A stretch of DNA of 64,000 bases from an uncultured Nitrospina sp. (GTDB lineage Bacteria; Nitrospinota; Nitrospinia; Nitrospinales; VA-1), in the NCBI GenBank assembly GCA_964344595.1, contig CAYFNV010000017.1, positions 3,660-67,659 of the forward strand, written 5' to 3'. The position numbers and the translations under genes were made by a program. Below the pieces are notes generated by a model. The model had not been told where the DNA came from, ran no database searches, and was given only the letters and a program-made list of their open reading frames with translations. How positions within the stretch are numbered: the stretch's first letter is position 1; each line of letters begins with the position of its first letter. Below, one piece after another: positions 36,663-47,187 of this stretch.

Positions 36663-37531
36663 CAGTATTCCTCGATAATGCAATTATCAATAAGACGTGA
36701 CGAACCGATCTTTACTGCCAAGGCGATCAATGTTGTGTCACAGATTTGTTCTTTTTTTACGAAATTTTTGGGGTCACATATGGAAATATAGTCGATTTCT
36801 ATTTCTCTCTCTTCCGAAAGGCATTGATGAATTAAATTTTTAATTTCATTTGCTGACTTGGTTCCCTGTCGGATAACATCCCTTGCTTTTTTAAGGGAAC
36901 GGGATATAGACAATGCAGTTTGCCTTTCCTGGGGTGATAGATAGCGGTTTCTTGAGCTCATTGCCAACCCATCAGGTTCTCTTACAATGGGAACACGGTT
37001 GATTACAACATCAAGGTTTAAATCTTTCACTAGATTTTCGATGACGGCCAGTTGTTGCCAGTCTTTTTCCCCAAAGAAAGCGTTATGAGGTTGAACGATG
37101 TTAAATAGTTTTAGTACAACTGTGCTTACGCCTCTAAAAAGGTCAGGACGACTTTTGCCACATAAGTGTTCGGTGATACCTTCCACTTCTACATATGTGT
37201 TGTAGTTTTCAGGATACATCTCTGCATTCGTCGGGTGAAACAGAACATCCACACCGATTTCTTCTAGTATCTCGCTATCAGTCTGTAACTGGCGCGGATA
37301 AGTATCCAGGTCTTCATTGGGCCCAAATTGAGTGGGGTTCACAAAAATGCTGACTATGGTTCGATCACAGCTTTCTATAGATTGTTTGACCAGGCTCAAA
37401 TGACCTTCATGGAGGCATCCCATGGTTGGCACCAGTCCTATGATCAGATTTTTTTTCCGAAATGATTTTGCAATTTTTTTCATTTCAGAAACAGAGGTTA
37501 CTTCCTTCAACGTTTTAGCTTCAGCTTCCAT
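36662..37531 (-). CDS. panC: Pantoate--beta-alanine ligase
   Basis: VPTMGCLHEGHLSLV (HxGH), FVNPTQFGPNEDL, FGEKDWQQL, AMSSRN. Confidence 0.92.
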   Translation of the reverse strand: MEAEAKTLKEVTSVSEMKKIAKSFRKKNLIIGLVPTMGCLHEGHLSLVKQSIESCDRTIVSIFVNPTQFGPNEDLDTYPRQLQTDSEILEEIGVDVLFHPTNAEMYPENYNTYVEVEGITEHLCGKSRPDLFRGVSTVVLKLFNIVQPHNAFFGEKDWQQLAVIENLVKDLNLDVVINRVPIVREPDGLAMSSRNRYLSPQERQTALSISRSLKKARDVIRQGTKSANEIKNLIHQCLSEEREIEIDYISICDPKNFVKKEQICDTTLIALAVKIGSSRLIDNCIIEEY

Positions 37532-38366
37532 TATTTACCTGCTTAAGATTGCCTTGTTTTGAAAGATAGGTATGTTCCTGTCCCGGAAAAGTTTTGGACC
37601 TGACATCATGTATGTATTCCGCTACCGCATTTTTCATATGGTCTGCCAAATTGGCATATTGTTTGACAAATTTGGGGATAAAGTCCTGGTTTAGTCCAAG
37701 AAGGTCGTGAAGAACGAGAATTTGTCCATCACAATTCACACCTGCTCCAATGCCTATGGTAGGTATTTTCAGTTCGGCCGTAATTTCTTCTGCAAGTTCA
37801 CCGGGTATGCCTTCAAGTACCAAAGTAAATACTCCGGCACTTTGAAGGTCGCGTGCATCCTGTTTAATTTGTCGGGAGTCGAGATAGTTTTTGCCTTGTA
37901 CTTTGTAGCCGCCGAACTGATGGACAGATTGGGGAGTCAATCCAATGTGTCCCATGACAGGAATTCCTGCTTTAATGATCGCCTGAACTCTGTCTGCCAT
38001 GCGTGCCCCTCCTTCGAGCTTTATGGCAGAGGCTCCACCCTCCTGAATCAGTCGACCAGCGTTGGTTACAGCTTGTTCGACAGAAACCTGGTAGGACATG
38101 AAAGGCATATCGCTTACCACCAAAGCGCGTTTGGCTCCTTGCTTAACGGCGCGGGTATGGTCGATCATATTCTGCATTGTAACTGCAAGAGTATTTTCAT
38201 GGCCCAGAGAAATCATTCCCAAGGAATCTCCCACAAGAATGATGTCTAAATCCGTTGAATCAAGAAGTTTAGCAAAACTGTAGTCGTAGGCAGTCAGGGC
38301 ACTGATTTTTTCCCCTGAATTTTTTCTCCCTGATATATCAGTGGCAGTGACAGGTTTTTTATCCAT
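37521..38366 (-). CDS. panB: 3-Methyl-2-oxobutanoate hydroxymethyltransferase
   Basis: LTAYDYSFAKLLD...ILVGDSLGM...VSDMPFMSY...AIKLEGG...GHIGLTPQS are KPHMT signatures. Confidence 0.93.
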   Translation of the reverse strand: MDKKPVTATDISGRKNSGEKISALTAYDYSFAKLLDSTDLDIILVGDSLGMISLGHENTLAVTMQNMIDHTRAVKQGAKRALVVSDMPFMSYQVSVEQAVTNAGRLIQEGGASAIKLEGGARMADRVQAIIKAGIPVMGHIGLTPQSVHQFGGYKVQGKNYLDSRQIKQDARDLQSAGVFTLVLEGIPGELAEEITAELKIPTIGIGAGVNCDGQILVLHDLLGLNQDFIPKFVKQYANLADHMKNAVAEYIHDVRSKTFPGQEHTYLSKQGNLKQVNNGS

Positions 38367-38545
38367 GTTTGTTTTAAAGATAAGGCTTGGGTCAAACGGA
38401 GGAGGGGATCAAAGGGAAACCATCGGCCAATGCCGTGGGAGAAGCGCAATATTGTAGGAAAAACGTGTGAAATTATTTTAAGGCCTCAGAGAGGTCCCGG
38501 AATAACGTTTGTCCTGTTTTATGAAGCTTGCTCCGTCCCGGTCCG

Positions 38546-39196
38546 TTAGGATCCAAGCGGGTTATAATATTCTCTACCTATTTTATGGTTGTTGACCTTG
38601 TTAATCAACTCTTCAAGGTCGCATTTTTTTTCAACAAAGTCGATCTCATTGGTATTTATGACCAAAAGCGGTGTTTCAGAGTAATAAAAAAAGAAATTAT
38701 TGAATGCTTTGTTTACCGAATCAAGATAATCGGGGTCCATAAAAGCTTCATAATCGCGTCCTCGTTTGGCAACTCTTTCCATCAAAACATCGGTACTTGC
38801 CTGCAAAAAAATGACTAAATCTGGTTTCGGGGCTTTTGGTCCTATGAGATTGAAGATTTGCTCATATAAGCGGTATTCGTGATCTTCCAGGTTAAGCTGG
38901 GCGAATATTTTGTCCCTTTGAAACAGATAGTCGATAACAACCACCGAGTTGAACAGGTCTCTTTGTGCCAGTTCCATATATTGGTTGTATCGGCTCAATA
39001 AAAAAAAAATCTGGGTCTGAAAAGAGTAGGTATCCTGATCCTCATAAAACTTCGAGATAAAAGGATTGGAATCATTCTCCTCCAGAATTACTCGAGCACC
39101 ATATTGTTTTTCAAGTAGACTGACCAGAGATGTTTTACCCGCGCCTATGGCACCTTCAACAGCAATGAATCTAGGCTCGATTGTTTGATGGGTCAT
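38546..39196 (-). CDS. Deoxynucleoside kinase family protein
   Basis: P-loop IAVEGAIGAGKTSL, EENDSNPFISKFYED, ERS-like DYLFQRD, and the LID/RxxxR region ERVAKRGRDYE. Confidence 0.85.
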   Translation of the reverse strand: MTHQTIEPRFIAVEGAIGAGKTSLVSLLEKQYGARVILEENDSNPFISKFYEDQDTYSFQTQIFFLLSRYNQYMELAQRDLFNSVVVIDYLFQRDKIFAQLNLEDHEYRLYEQIFNLIGPKAPKPDLVIFLQASTDVLMERVAKRGRDYEAFMDPDYLDSVNKAFNNFFFYYSETPLLVINTNEIDFVEKKCDLEELINKVNNHKIGREYYNPLGS

Positions 39197-39206
39197 TTTA
39201 TTCTGA

Positions 39207-39572
39207 TCAACCCGCTTTTAGCTGATTGAAAATCTCCTTGATAGTGAGTTTTAGTTCCCTGAGGTCTGCCGATTTGACTACATAGGCATCGGAGGCCCAT
39301 ACTCTGAAATCCTGCTTATACTGACCATAAGCTGAGCAAAGAATTATTGGGATATCACCCTTTTCATCTTTGATTTTTCGCATAACCTCAATTCCATCCA
39401 TTCCAGGCATTTTAATGTCCAGAATGATGAGGTCAGGAAGTTCCTTATCAAGTTTTTTCAAGGCTTCCTCGCCGGTGGCGGCTACCGAAACCTGATAACC
39501 GTCGTCTTCAAGTTCCTCTTTATAAAGAAACCGGATATTTTGTTCGTCATCAACAACAAGGATAGTTTTCAT
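39207..39572 (-). CDS. Single-domain response regulator (CheY-like)
   Basis: ILVVDDEQNI...LIILDIKMPGMDG...VVKS, 121 aa. Confidence 0.9.
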   Translation of the reverse strand: MKTILVVDDEQNIRFLYKEELEDDGYQVSVAATGEEALKKLDKELPDLIILDIKMPGMDGIEVMRKIKDEKGDIPIILCSAYGQYKQDFRVWASDAYVVKSADLRELKLTIKEIFNQLKAG

Positions 39573-39626
39573 GATTGAATGTTATGAGTTCCGGAAAACA
39601 AAACAGACTCACCACGACAGGGGACA

Positions 39627-41534
39627 TTAGTTTTTATAATAATCAGGACTGTTTTGCAACGGTAAATGGAGGTAGACGGTAACCCCTTTACCTAATTGGT
39701 TTTCCACCCTGATTGTTCCGCCATGATTCTCTATGATTTTTCGGCAGATGGAAAGTCCTAGTCCTGTGCCAGTATGTTTGGTGGTGAAAAATGGATTGAA
39801 TATATTCTCAAATACTTCCTGGGGTATACCTCCGCCGGTATCTTCAACTCTTACTGTAATCATTTTCTGTTTCTGGGCATATTCTTCCTGAAAGGTTTCA
39901 ACTTTCAATAGTCCGCCCAGAGATAGGGACTCCAAAGCGTTATAGAACAGGTTTATCAGAACTTGTTTGATTTTCTGTTGGTCAAGGTCTAATAGTGGAA
40001 GATTTGCTTCTAAATGGGTTACGAGATTGATGTTTTTTTCATAGAGACCCGCTTTAAACAGGTAAAGGGCTTCTTCCACCAGTTTGTTAAGTTGGCTTTT
40101 TTCTGTTTCAAGTGCTCCCGATTTAGAATAGATTAAAGTGTTTTTAAGTAATCTTTCGAGACGGTCCACCTCGGTGGAAATAATTTCAGAATAATTGGAG
40201 GCTGATTTTAAATCTTTATTATCCTCCCACTTTTGTGTGAGATCTGTCATTTTATCTTTTAGTCTTCGTGCGAATCCTCCAATTGAAACCAGAGGATTTT
40301 TAATTTCATGGGCTACTTCTGCGGCCATTTCCCCAAGAGCTGAAAGCCTTTCTGCCTGGACCAGTTGTTCTTTCATAGATAAGAGTTCGCGGTTGGTGTC
40401 TAAAAGTTTGGAGAAAAGCCTGGAGTTTTCGATAACCCAACTGGCATAAACGGTAAAGCGTGTAAGGAACCGAAGATTTTCTTCAGTGATGGGTTTTTGG
40501 TCATAGCGGTTATCAACTAGAATGACTCCAAGCACTTCTTCATGAGCTATAAGTGGAACGGTGGCGAACGAATCTACACCTAACGCGTCAAAGAATCCCT
40601 GACTGACTAGTGGGTGCTCTTTGGCATTAGTAATATTAAACGGTTTTTTCTGCAATACTGTTTCGGAAAGAATATTATCATTGGGAGTAACCTTGTAACT
40701 TAATCCACAAACAAAATTGTGAAAATTGGAATCTCTGTGCAGGTCATGCTGGGCTTCCTGTATAGCCCACTGTAACAAATCGCCCTTTTTTTTATCCAGT
40801 TCAGTCCAAATTCTCACCGCGTCTTCATGAGAGTCAGGTCCCAGCCCCATGATTCCTTGAAGCAGGTTGTTTTTTTCATCAAGAGTGAATAACATGGCCC
40901 GGTTGAATCCACCCGCTTCTCCCATTGTTATAGCGCTTAGTATGATCCACAATCCATGCTCCAGTTTCAGGGTTGATTGAACCGCCAGGCTGATATCGTA
41001 TAGAATCCGTGTTTCTCTTAAAGTCATTTGGTTTCGGTGGAATTGTATAGCATTTTTCAGACAACCTGTGACTTGGCTTGCAATAGTTTCCAGAACAGAA
41101 GTTTCTTCCAGATTAAATATTCTTGTTTCAATGCTATGAACATTGATGACACCCAGAGCCGGGCAGTCAGCAAGAATTGGTACTGAAAGCATGGATTTAA
41201 ACTTTTCTTCCTCGATCTCCGGAAAATAGACAAACCGCGGATCCTGCATGGCTTCGCTCAAGGCCAATGAAGTTCCATTTTTCGCGACCCAGCCTGTAAC
41301 TCCCTGTCCCATTTCTAGGTTAATGTGCTTGGCTTTTTCAGGGAGCCCCATGGATGCCTTCAAATAAAGGAGCCCATCTGATTCATTGATCAGGTAAATG
41401 GCGCATGCGTCCATATGCATTTTATTTTTAATTACCTGGATGATTTTCTCCAGAGTTTCATCCAGGTCGAGCGTGGAGTTAGCTATGCGGGTAACTTCTT
41501 GAAGAATTTCCAGACCGAGACTGCTTTCCGTCAT
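39627..41534 (-). CDS. Cytoplasmic sensor histidine kinase with tandem GAF domains
   Basis: No TM segments seen. GAF-like regions lie in the N-terminal ~380 aa. H-box AHEIKNPLVSIGG, N box LFYNALES, and G boxes DTGGGI, GTGLGL. Confidence 0.9.
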   Translation of the reverse strand: MTESSLGLEILQEVTRIANSTLDLDETLEKIIQVIKNKMHMDACAIYLINESDGLLYLKASMGLPEKAKHINLEMGQGVTGWVAKNGTSLALSEAMQDPRFVYFPEIEEEKFKSMLSVPILADCPALGVINVHSIETRIFNLEETSVLETIASQVTGCLKNAIQFHRNQMTLRETRILYDISLAVQSTLKLEHGLWIILSAITMGEAGGFNRAMLFTLDEKNNLLQGIMGLGPDSHEDAVRIWTELDKKKGDLLQWAIQEAQHDLHRDSNFHNFVCGLSYKVTPNDNILSETVLQKKPFNITNAKEHPLVSQGFFDALGVDSFATVPLIAHEEVLGVILVDNRYDQKPITEENLRFLTRFTVYASWVIENSRLFSKLLDTNRELLSMKEQLVQAERLSALGEMAAEVAHEIKNPLVSIGGFARRLKDKMTDLTQKWEDNKDLKSASNYSEIISTEVDRLERLLKNTLIYSKSGALETEKSQLNKLVEEALYLFKAGLYEKNINLVTHLEANLPLLDLDQQKIKQVLINLFYNALESLSLGGLLKVETFQEEYAQKQKMITVRVEDTGGGIPQEVFENIFNPFFTTKHTGTGLGLSICRKIIENHGGTIRVENQLGKGVTVYLHLPLQNSPDYYKN

Positions 41535-41552
41535 TGAATGAGACTCCGTATG

Positions 41553-43001
41553 TCAGCTGCGAAGGGATTTGTGGTAAAGAAGTGAATACTTCTTTGCAGC
41601 TACCTCCCAGCTATTGTCTTTAGTCATCCCGTTTAACATCAACTTCTTCCAAGTTTTCGATTGGTGAAAACAGGATAATGCTTTTTTCAAAGAATTCAGG
41701 AAAAATTTAGCTTCTGGATTTTTAAATTTGAATCCGGTTCCTTTTCCCGTTTTTATGCTGAAACCCTGAACAGAATTTTTTAAACCTCCTATAGCTCGAA
41801 CAATGGGTACGGTTCCATATTTCAAGGCATACATTTGAGTTAGACCGCATGGTTCATAAAGAGATGGCATAAGAAGCATATCGCTACCTGCTAAAATAAG
41901 ATGACCAAGACGTTCATCAAACTTCAATGTTGTTGCAATGCGATCCGGCCTGTCCCGGTGCCATTTTTGGAAAAAGGATTCGTATTTGGATGAGCCTGTT
42001 CCCAGTATCAATAGGGATATGTCTTGTTTGTCAAGTTCATCTTTGGCCTCGACAATCAAATCGATTCCTTTTTGCTCAGAAAGTCTAGTGATCATGCAGA
42101 GAATGGGAGTTTTCTTATTGAGTTGGAGAGAAAACATTTTTATCAGGGACTCACGACAGTGTTTTTTGAGAGATAGGGTTGTTGGTCCATAATTGACAGG
42201 TATCAGAGGATCGGTTTCTGGATTCCAGATCGTTTCATCGATTCCGTTCAAGATCCCATACAGGCAATCTGAGCGTTTTTGAAAGATCCCTTCCATACCA
42301 AAACCCATTTTCGGAGATTGGATTTCTTCACTGTATGCAGGACTCACTGTACTGAGGGTGTCGGCAAACATCAGTCCGCCTTTTAGAAAACTGATCTGCC
42401 CATAAAACTCAATTCCCTCTGGTTGAAAAAAAGAATCATCCAGTCCTGTTGCTTTCAAGTGAGAATGTGCGAAATTACCCTGGTAACCCAGGTTATGTAT
42501 TGAGAAAAGAGTTTTGGTTTGAGCAAACCATGGATCTTTACTGTAAAGTGACTTCAAATATACCGGAATAAGCCCAGTATGCCAGTCATTGCAATGGATG
42601 ATATCGGGTTTAAAATCGAGATGTTTGGCGGCTTCAAGAACAGCTCTGGAAAAAAATGAAAACCGCTCCACGCTGTCAGGGTAATCCGATCCGGGTTCAC
42701 CGTATATGTGCTTTCGATTAAAATAGCCGTTATGTTGAATCAGGTAAATAGGGACTTTGCCTGCCAATTCAGATTCAAATAAAGCACCTTTCTGACTGTG
42801 CCCAGGGATTTTCAGATCGATCTTGAGAGATTGTATTTTTCGTCCAGCGTTGGCAGTGCAGGGATATTGAGGCATTATAACTCGAATATCGTGCCCGAGT
42901 TTTTTGAGGGCAGGTGGCAAAGCACCACTTACATCAGCCAGGCCGCCTGTTTTTGCAAAAGGGTACACTTCGGCAGAGACCAAAAGGATTTTTAGTTTCA
43001 T
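41553..43001 (-). CDS. glgA: Glycogen synthase (ADP-glucose type, GT5)
   Basis: MKLKILLVSAEVYPFAKTGGLADV (KTGGL motif), HCNDWHTGL, and the C-terminal PSLYEPCGLTQMYALKYGTVPIV. Confidence 0.93.
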   Translation of the reverse strand: MKLKILLVSAEVYPFAKTGGLADVSGALPPALKKLGHDIRVIMPQYPCTANAGRKIQSLKIDLKIPGHSQKGALFESELAGKVPIYLIQHNGYFNRKHIYGEPGSDYPDSVERFSFFSRAVLEAAKHLDFKPDIIHCNDWHTGLIPVYLKSLYSKDPWFAQTKTLFSIHNLGYQGNFAHSHLKATGLDDSFFQPEGIEFYGQISFLKGGLMFADTLSTVSPAYSEEIQSPKMGFGMEGIFQKRSDCLYGILNGIDETIWNPETDPLIPVNYGPTTLSLKKHCRESLIKMFSLQLNKKTPILCMITRLSEQKGIDLIVEAKDELDKQDISLLILGTGSSKYESFFQKWHRDRPDRIATTLKFDERLGHLILAGSDMLLMPSLYEPCGLTQMYALKYGTVPIVRAIGGLKNSVQGFSIKTGKGTGFKFKNPEAKFFLNSLKKALSCFHQSKTWKKLMLNGMTKDNSWEVAAKKYSLLYHKSLRS

Positions 43002-43092
43002 ATTTATTCCCTGATTCCCCGAAGTATTTTGGAGGCTTCTTTAAATATTGTTGATATCATATTATTCTGTTTTAAACCAACATGAGAATACC

Positions 43093-43287
43093 ATGCCACC
43101 TAAACATTATAGTTTTAAAGTAAAAGGTGTTTTAATAAGTGATACGGATAAATCCGAAGATGATTTTAGCATTTTCATAACTGCGATGGATGACAATCAT
43201 GCGGTGATGCTTGTACGTGAACATCTTAGAAATCATGCGCCAAAAGGACGCTCTATCATAAAAGGAATAGAAAAAAAAGCGGAATAA
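43093..43287 (+). CDS. Small hypothetical protein (64 aa)
   Basis: ATG at 43093 (MPPKHYSFKV...). No family recognised. It is followed by a terminator hairpin. Confidence 0.35.
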   Translation: MPPKHYSFKVKGVLISDTDKSEDDFSIFITAMDDNHAVMLVREHLRNHAPKGRSIIKGIEKKAE

Positions 43288-43346
43288 AGTATGGGGCAGG
43301 GGGGAGGATCGTACAGATAGCCTTTTTTAGGGTGATTGCCTCTTCA

Positions 43347-43379
43347 AAACCCACTCAGCTCCCCTGGGTGGGTTTTTTA
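43347..43379. terminator. Hairpin terminator between convergent genes
   Basis: Stem AACCCAC 43348-43354 / GTGGGTT 43368-43374, flanked by an A-run upstream and T-run downstream, so it is usable in both directions. Confidence 0.5.
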
Positions 43380-43397
43380 CACCCATTACTTTGTACT

Positions 43398-44393
43398 TCA
43401 TTTGTTATTGGCCTGTGTTTCCCGAAGTATTTTGGCGGCTTCTTCAGGTATTGTGGGATTAATATGAAATCCTGTTCCCTGTTCGAATCCAGCCGTCTTG
43501 GTTAGCTTTGGCATGATCTCGACATGCCAGTGATAGTAATTCAAGTGATCACCATATATTGGTGCTGTGTGGAATACAAAGTTATAAGGAGGAATGTTTA
43601 GAGCATTTCGCATTCTTAATAGACTTTCTTTTAGTATGGGGGCTAGTTCATCAAGATGTTTGCATTCTTCAAACCTGGCTTCATGGAACCGGGGTAACAG
43701 CCACATCTCAAATGGAAACCTGGGAGCATAGGGAACAAGAGTGATGAAATATTTATTCTGGTAGACTATTCTTCTTCCATCTTTCAATTCTTGAGAAATA
43801 ATATCGCAATAGATGCAACTCCCGTTTTTTTTGTAATGTTCTTTGCAACCCATAATTTCTTCATTCACAACTTCAGGGACTATTGGGAGAGCGATCAATT
43901 GCGTGTGAGTGTGCTCCAGGCTGGCACCAGCAGATGCACCCTGGTTTTTAAAGATCAGGATGTATTGGAGCCGTTCATTTTTCTTTAACGCAAATACTCT
44001 CTCACGAAATGCTTCCAAACTGCTAAGAATTTGGTCTTCTGATAAGAGTTCAAGTTCTGTTTCATGGTCCGGGCTTTCAATCACTACTTCATGTGCTCCA
44101 ATGCCATTCAATTTTTCGTAAAGGCCCTCAGCAACTGGTTTCAAATGGCCTTCATCAGCCAAAGCCGGGTATTTATTAGGAACCACACGCAAGGACCATC
44201 CGGGTAAATTTGGTGAGTTGCTCCGGTGTGCCAGAACCTCCGGTGGAGTACAACCTTCATTTCCCTCGCAGAAAGGGCAAGATGCGTGATTATTTTTTTT
44301 CCTGAAAGTGGAAAAATCTTGCGGACGTTTGCCACGCTCACTGGAAATGATGACCCAACGGTTTACAATCGGATCTTTTCTCAATTCAGGCAT
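43398..44393 (-). CDS. galT: Galactose-1-phosphate uridylyltransferase family (HIT superfamily) nucleotidyl transferase
   Basis: MPELRKDPIVNRWVIIS (typical N-terminus; the track start at 44438 is less likely), Zn site CPFCEGNE, and active-site HTHTQLIA (HxHxQ). Confidence 0.8.
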   Translation of the reverse strand: MPELRKDPIVNRWVIISSERGKRPQDFSTFRKKNNHASCPFCEGNEGCTPPEVLAHRSNSPNLPGWSLRVVPNKYPALADEGHLKPVAEGLYEKLNGIGAHEVVIESPDHETELELLSEDQILSSLEAFRERVFALKKNERLQYILIFKNQGASAGASLEHTHTQLIALPIVPEVVNEEIMGCKEHYKKNGSCIYCDIISQELKDGRRIVYQNKYFITLVPYAPRFPFEMWLLPRFHEARFEECKHLDELAPILKESLLRMRNALNIPPYNFVFHTAPIYGDHLNYYHWHVEIMPKLTKTAGFEQGTGFHINPTIPEEAAKILRETQANNK

Positions 44394-44525
44394 ATAAAGC
44401 CAGGGTGGATGTTTGATAGAGCCAGAAATAATTTGCAATACTCTATGGAATAGCAGCTAAAAAGTCAATCTCCACTGTGTCCTAAAAACATTGATTGAAT
44501 GGGATTTAATTCTTATAATCTAATC

Positions 44526-45728
44526 ATGAAAAAAAATAAGGTTGTTTTAGGAGTTTCGGCCAGCATAGCCGCTTACAAATCTGTGGAATTAGTCCGCCTG
44601 TTGGTTAAAGAAGGGGCGGAGGTGCGTGTTGTGATGAGTGCCAATGCGCAGAAATTTGTGGCCTCTCTCACATTCGAGGCACTTTCCGGAAACCCTGTTT
44701 ACCATACGCAGTTTGACTCCCAAAATTCTGCCGAAATGGAGCACATCCGCGTTGCCGAGAATGCGGACCTTCTTCTTGTTGCACCTGCGACAGCTTCTGT
44801 GCTTGGGAAAATGGCACAGGGTCTTGCTGATGATGCTTTATCAAGTTTATACCTTGCGTTCAAAGGCCCGGTGATGGTTGCTCCTGCTATGAATGAAGGG
44901 ATGTGGGGACACCCGGCGGTACAAGACAATATTGCTATTCTCAAATCAAGAGGTGTGCAGTTTATTGAACCTGAATCAGGTGAACTGGCTTGTGGGGTGA
45001 TTGGACCGGGTCGCTTGGCTGATCTTCCGGATATTATAGAAAAGGTCAAAAGTTGCTTTAGTCAGTGTGATGACTTAAAGGGCATTCGGTTTTTGATTAC
45101 AGCCGGTCCCACTCATGAAGCTATTGACCCGGTGAGATATCTGACCAATCCCTCTTCAGGGAAAATGGGTTACGCAATCGCTGAAAAAGCCAGGGAAAGG
45201 GGAGGAGAAGTGACTCTCATCAGCGGGCCAACTTATTTAAAGCCTCCTCATGGTGTGGATTTTAAACCCTGCAAAAAAGCGGATGAGATGAATAATCTGG
45301 TTCAGGAGCATCTTGAGAGTTGTGATGTGCTGGTCATGTCTGCCGCGGTAGGTGACTTTGCCCCTGAAAGGCTGGAAAAGGAAAAGATAAAAAAACACGG
45401 TGAAGACGGCCTGGTTCTCAAGCTTGTCCCTACCAGGGATATTTTAATCGAAGTTGCTAAACGGAACTCAAGTAAACTGGTGGTGGGTTTCGCGGCAGAA
45501 AGTCAAAATCTGGTGGAGAGTGCTCTTGAAAAATTGAAGAATAAAAACCTGGATCTCATTGTTGCCAACGATATTAGTGCGCCGGGTATAGGGTTTCAGT
45601 CCGACTCGAATCAGGTTACGATCATTGATCGTGAAGAAAATATTGAAAGCTTGCCTCTACAGTCAAAAATGGAAATTGCAGATCTCCTGCTTGACAGAAT
45701 CTTAGCCAGACTAAAACAAACTGAATAA
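44526..45728 (+). CDS. coaBC: Bifunctional phosphopantothenoylcysteine decarboxylase / phosphopantothenate--cysteine ligase
   Basis: Flavoprotein domain (VVLGVSASIAAYKSVELVRLL, PAMNEGMW) and CoaB domain (ITAGPTHEAIDPVRYLTNPSSGKMG, AAVGDF). ATG at 44526. Confidence 0.93.
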   Translation: MKKNKVVLGVSASIAAYKSVELVRLLVKEGAEVRVVMSANAQKFVASLTFEALSGNPVYHTQFDSQNSAEMEHIRVAENADLLLVAPATASVLGKMAQGLADDALSSLYLAFKGPVMVAPAMNEGMWGHPAVQDNIAILKSRGVQFIEPESGELACGVIGPGRLADLPDIIEKVKSCFSQCDDLKGIRFLITAGPTHEAIDPVRYLTNPSSGKMGYAIAEKARERGGEVTLISGPTYLKPPHGVDFKPCKKADEMNNLVQEHLESCDVLVMSAAVGDFAPERLEKEKIKKHGEDGLVLKLVPTRDILIEVAKRNSSKLVVGFAAESQNLVESALEKLKNKNLDLIVANDISAPGIGFQSDSNQVTIIDREENIESLPLQSKMEIADLLLDRILARLKQTE

Positions 45729-45731
45729 CTA

Positions 45732-46520
45732 TTACTCTGTTACACTTTTAGCGCAACGAAACCCAACTCCTGTATTCCTTATGCGTGGTGTGGTTGCGTT
45801 GCGATAAGTCAGGTCAACATACTCAGCAGTATTTCGCCAGTTTCCTCCACGAATGACTTTGTATTGCCCCTTTTCGGGACCTGGAGGGTTTTCTTTAGGT
45901 GAAAACAGGTAATACTCTGGGAAATGCCAGTCATGGACCCATTCCGCAGCATTTCCAGAAAGGTCATAGACCCCATAGTCAGACTTTCCATTTTCATAAG
46001 ATCCGACCGGAGTAGTATGCATTTTTTCTTCGTTGTAGTTAAGCTTTTCTGAGTCAGGGGGTGAATCCCCCCAGGGGTATTTGACCGGACGTTTACCCCG
46101 TCCAGCTTTTTCCCATTCCGCTTCTGTGGGAAGTCTTTTTCCACTCCACTTGCAATAGTCTACGGCTTCCTTCCAGGAAACTCCGACTACAGGTTGTTGG
46201 TCACCATTGAAATTTTCCCTGCTCCAACCAAGTGGTTTCCTGGCTCCGGTATCGTTCACATATTTTTTGTATTTAACATTGGTTACTTCGTAAATATCTA
46301 TGTAGAACGCATCGAGATAGACTTCATGAGCCGGGTTCTCTGGCCCCAGGGTATGGCGGTCGGTATTAAATAAATCGTGTGGTTTGAGTTCCAAGAGGGA
46401 TTTTCTGCTCCCCATTTGAGATTTCCCCGCCGGAATTAATACCATATCCTCAACAGAAGAAACTGCAAAACTGGGTGAAACCATGAAAAACGATAAAATA
46501 AAGCTAATAATCAGTTTCAT
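45732..46520 (-). CDS. Formylglycine-generating enzyme (SUMF1/FGE-sulfatase) family protein, secreted
   Basis: Signal peptide, then MVLIPAG...FYIDIYEVTN..Y..Y, PVVGVSWKEAVDYCKWSGKRLPTEAEWEKA, GNAAEWVHDW and RGGNW....., GFRC. Confidence 0.85.
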   Translation of the reverse strand: MKLIISFILSFFMVSPSFAVSSVEDMVLIPAGKSQMGSRKSLLELKPHDLFNTDRHTLGPENPAHEVYLDAFYIDIYEVTNVKYKKYVNDTGARKPLGWSRENFNGDQQPVVGVSWKEAVDYCKWSGKRLPTEAEWEKAGRGKRPVKYPWGDSPPDSEKLNYNEEKMHTTPVGSYENGKSDYGVYDLSGNAAEWVHDWHFPEYYLFSPKENPPGPEKGQYKVIRGGNWRNTAEYVDLTYRNATTPRIRNTGVGFRCAKSVTE

Positions 46521-46638
46521 TTAAATGGAGTTTTCATTTTTAAAAAGTAGGAGTTGGATTATAGGCAATTGAGAGTCTTTGTTCAATCATGAATAATGAA
46601 TATGTAAAGATCGCGAAAAAATCTAAAAGCTTTGAAGA

Positions 46639-46667
46639 TTGACAGTGATATCTATAAGTAATAAAAT
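46639..46667 (+). promoter_or_regulatory. Candidate sigma70-type promoter
   Basis: TTGACA (46639-46644), a 17-nt spacer, then TAAAAT (46662-46667), upstream of the 46792 ORF. Confidence 0.3.
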
Positions 46668-46791
46668 TCAATTACACCTGTAATGAATGGTTTTTTAGGG
46701 CATTTCTTTATTTTTTTCTTACCAAGTGTTACCCGTTAGCCGTAGAGATAGGCAGTAAGGATTTTTTAATGGCCTTCCATCAGGAGCTTTT

Positions 46792-47187
46792 ATGGATAAA
46801 CCTAAAAAAGAACCTGTTACTTTAAACCAGAGTCAGGACAATAGATTGTGCCTGAACTGCGGGTTTCCCAATCGGAATACTGATACCCAATGTATGTATT
46901 GCCGAACCAGTCTGGTTGAAGATGGTGGATTGTTCAACTGGGTTCGCCAGACCTACTACGTCCTTCGCTGGCGGTGGCAACTCAAGCAAAAGCGCAATTC
47001 CCTGGAAAGCAAGCCACCCATCTACCGCTCATTCGGTTATTTTGTTCTTGGCGTGATTTTAAGCGCCGTGGGTATTTTTGTATTCACTACCGCCATGAGT
47101 CAGAACTCATTTTCCAGTGGTCTGATCGCTCTCTTGCTCATTGGTTATGGAATTGTCACCCTGAAAACCTTGTTCAGCAAAAAATGA
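46792..47187 (+). CDS. Zinc-ribbon membrane protein, hypothetical
   Basis: CLNCGFPN...CMYCRTS (CxxC...CxxC) followed by two predicted TM helices. Confidence 0.5.
   Translation: MDKPKKEPVTLNQSQDNRLCLNCGFPNRNTDTQCMYCRTSLVEDGGLFNWVRQTYYVLRWRWQLKQKRNSLESKPPIYRSFGYFVLGVILSAVGIFVFTTAMSQNSFSSGLIALLLIGYGIVTLKTLFSKK

Noticed and set aside
37707-38249. 180-aa ORF antisense to panB, plus similar antisense ORFs in mutL (25817..26257) and the ClC gene (52324..52722).
   Set aside because: All are nested in genes with unambiguous family signatures on the other strand. None has a motif or RBS.
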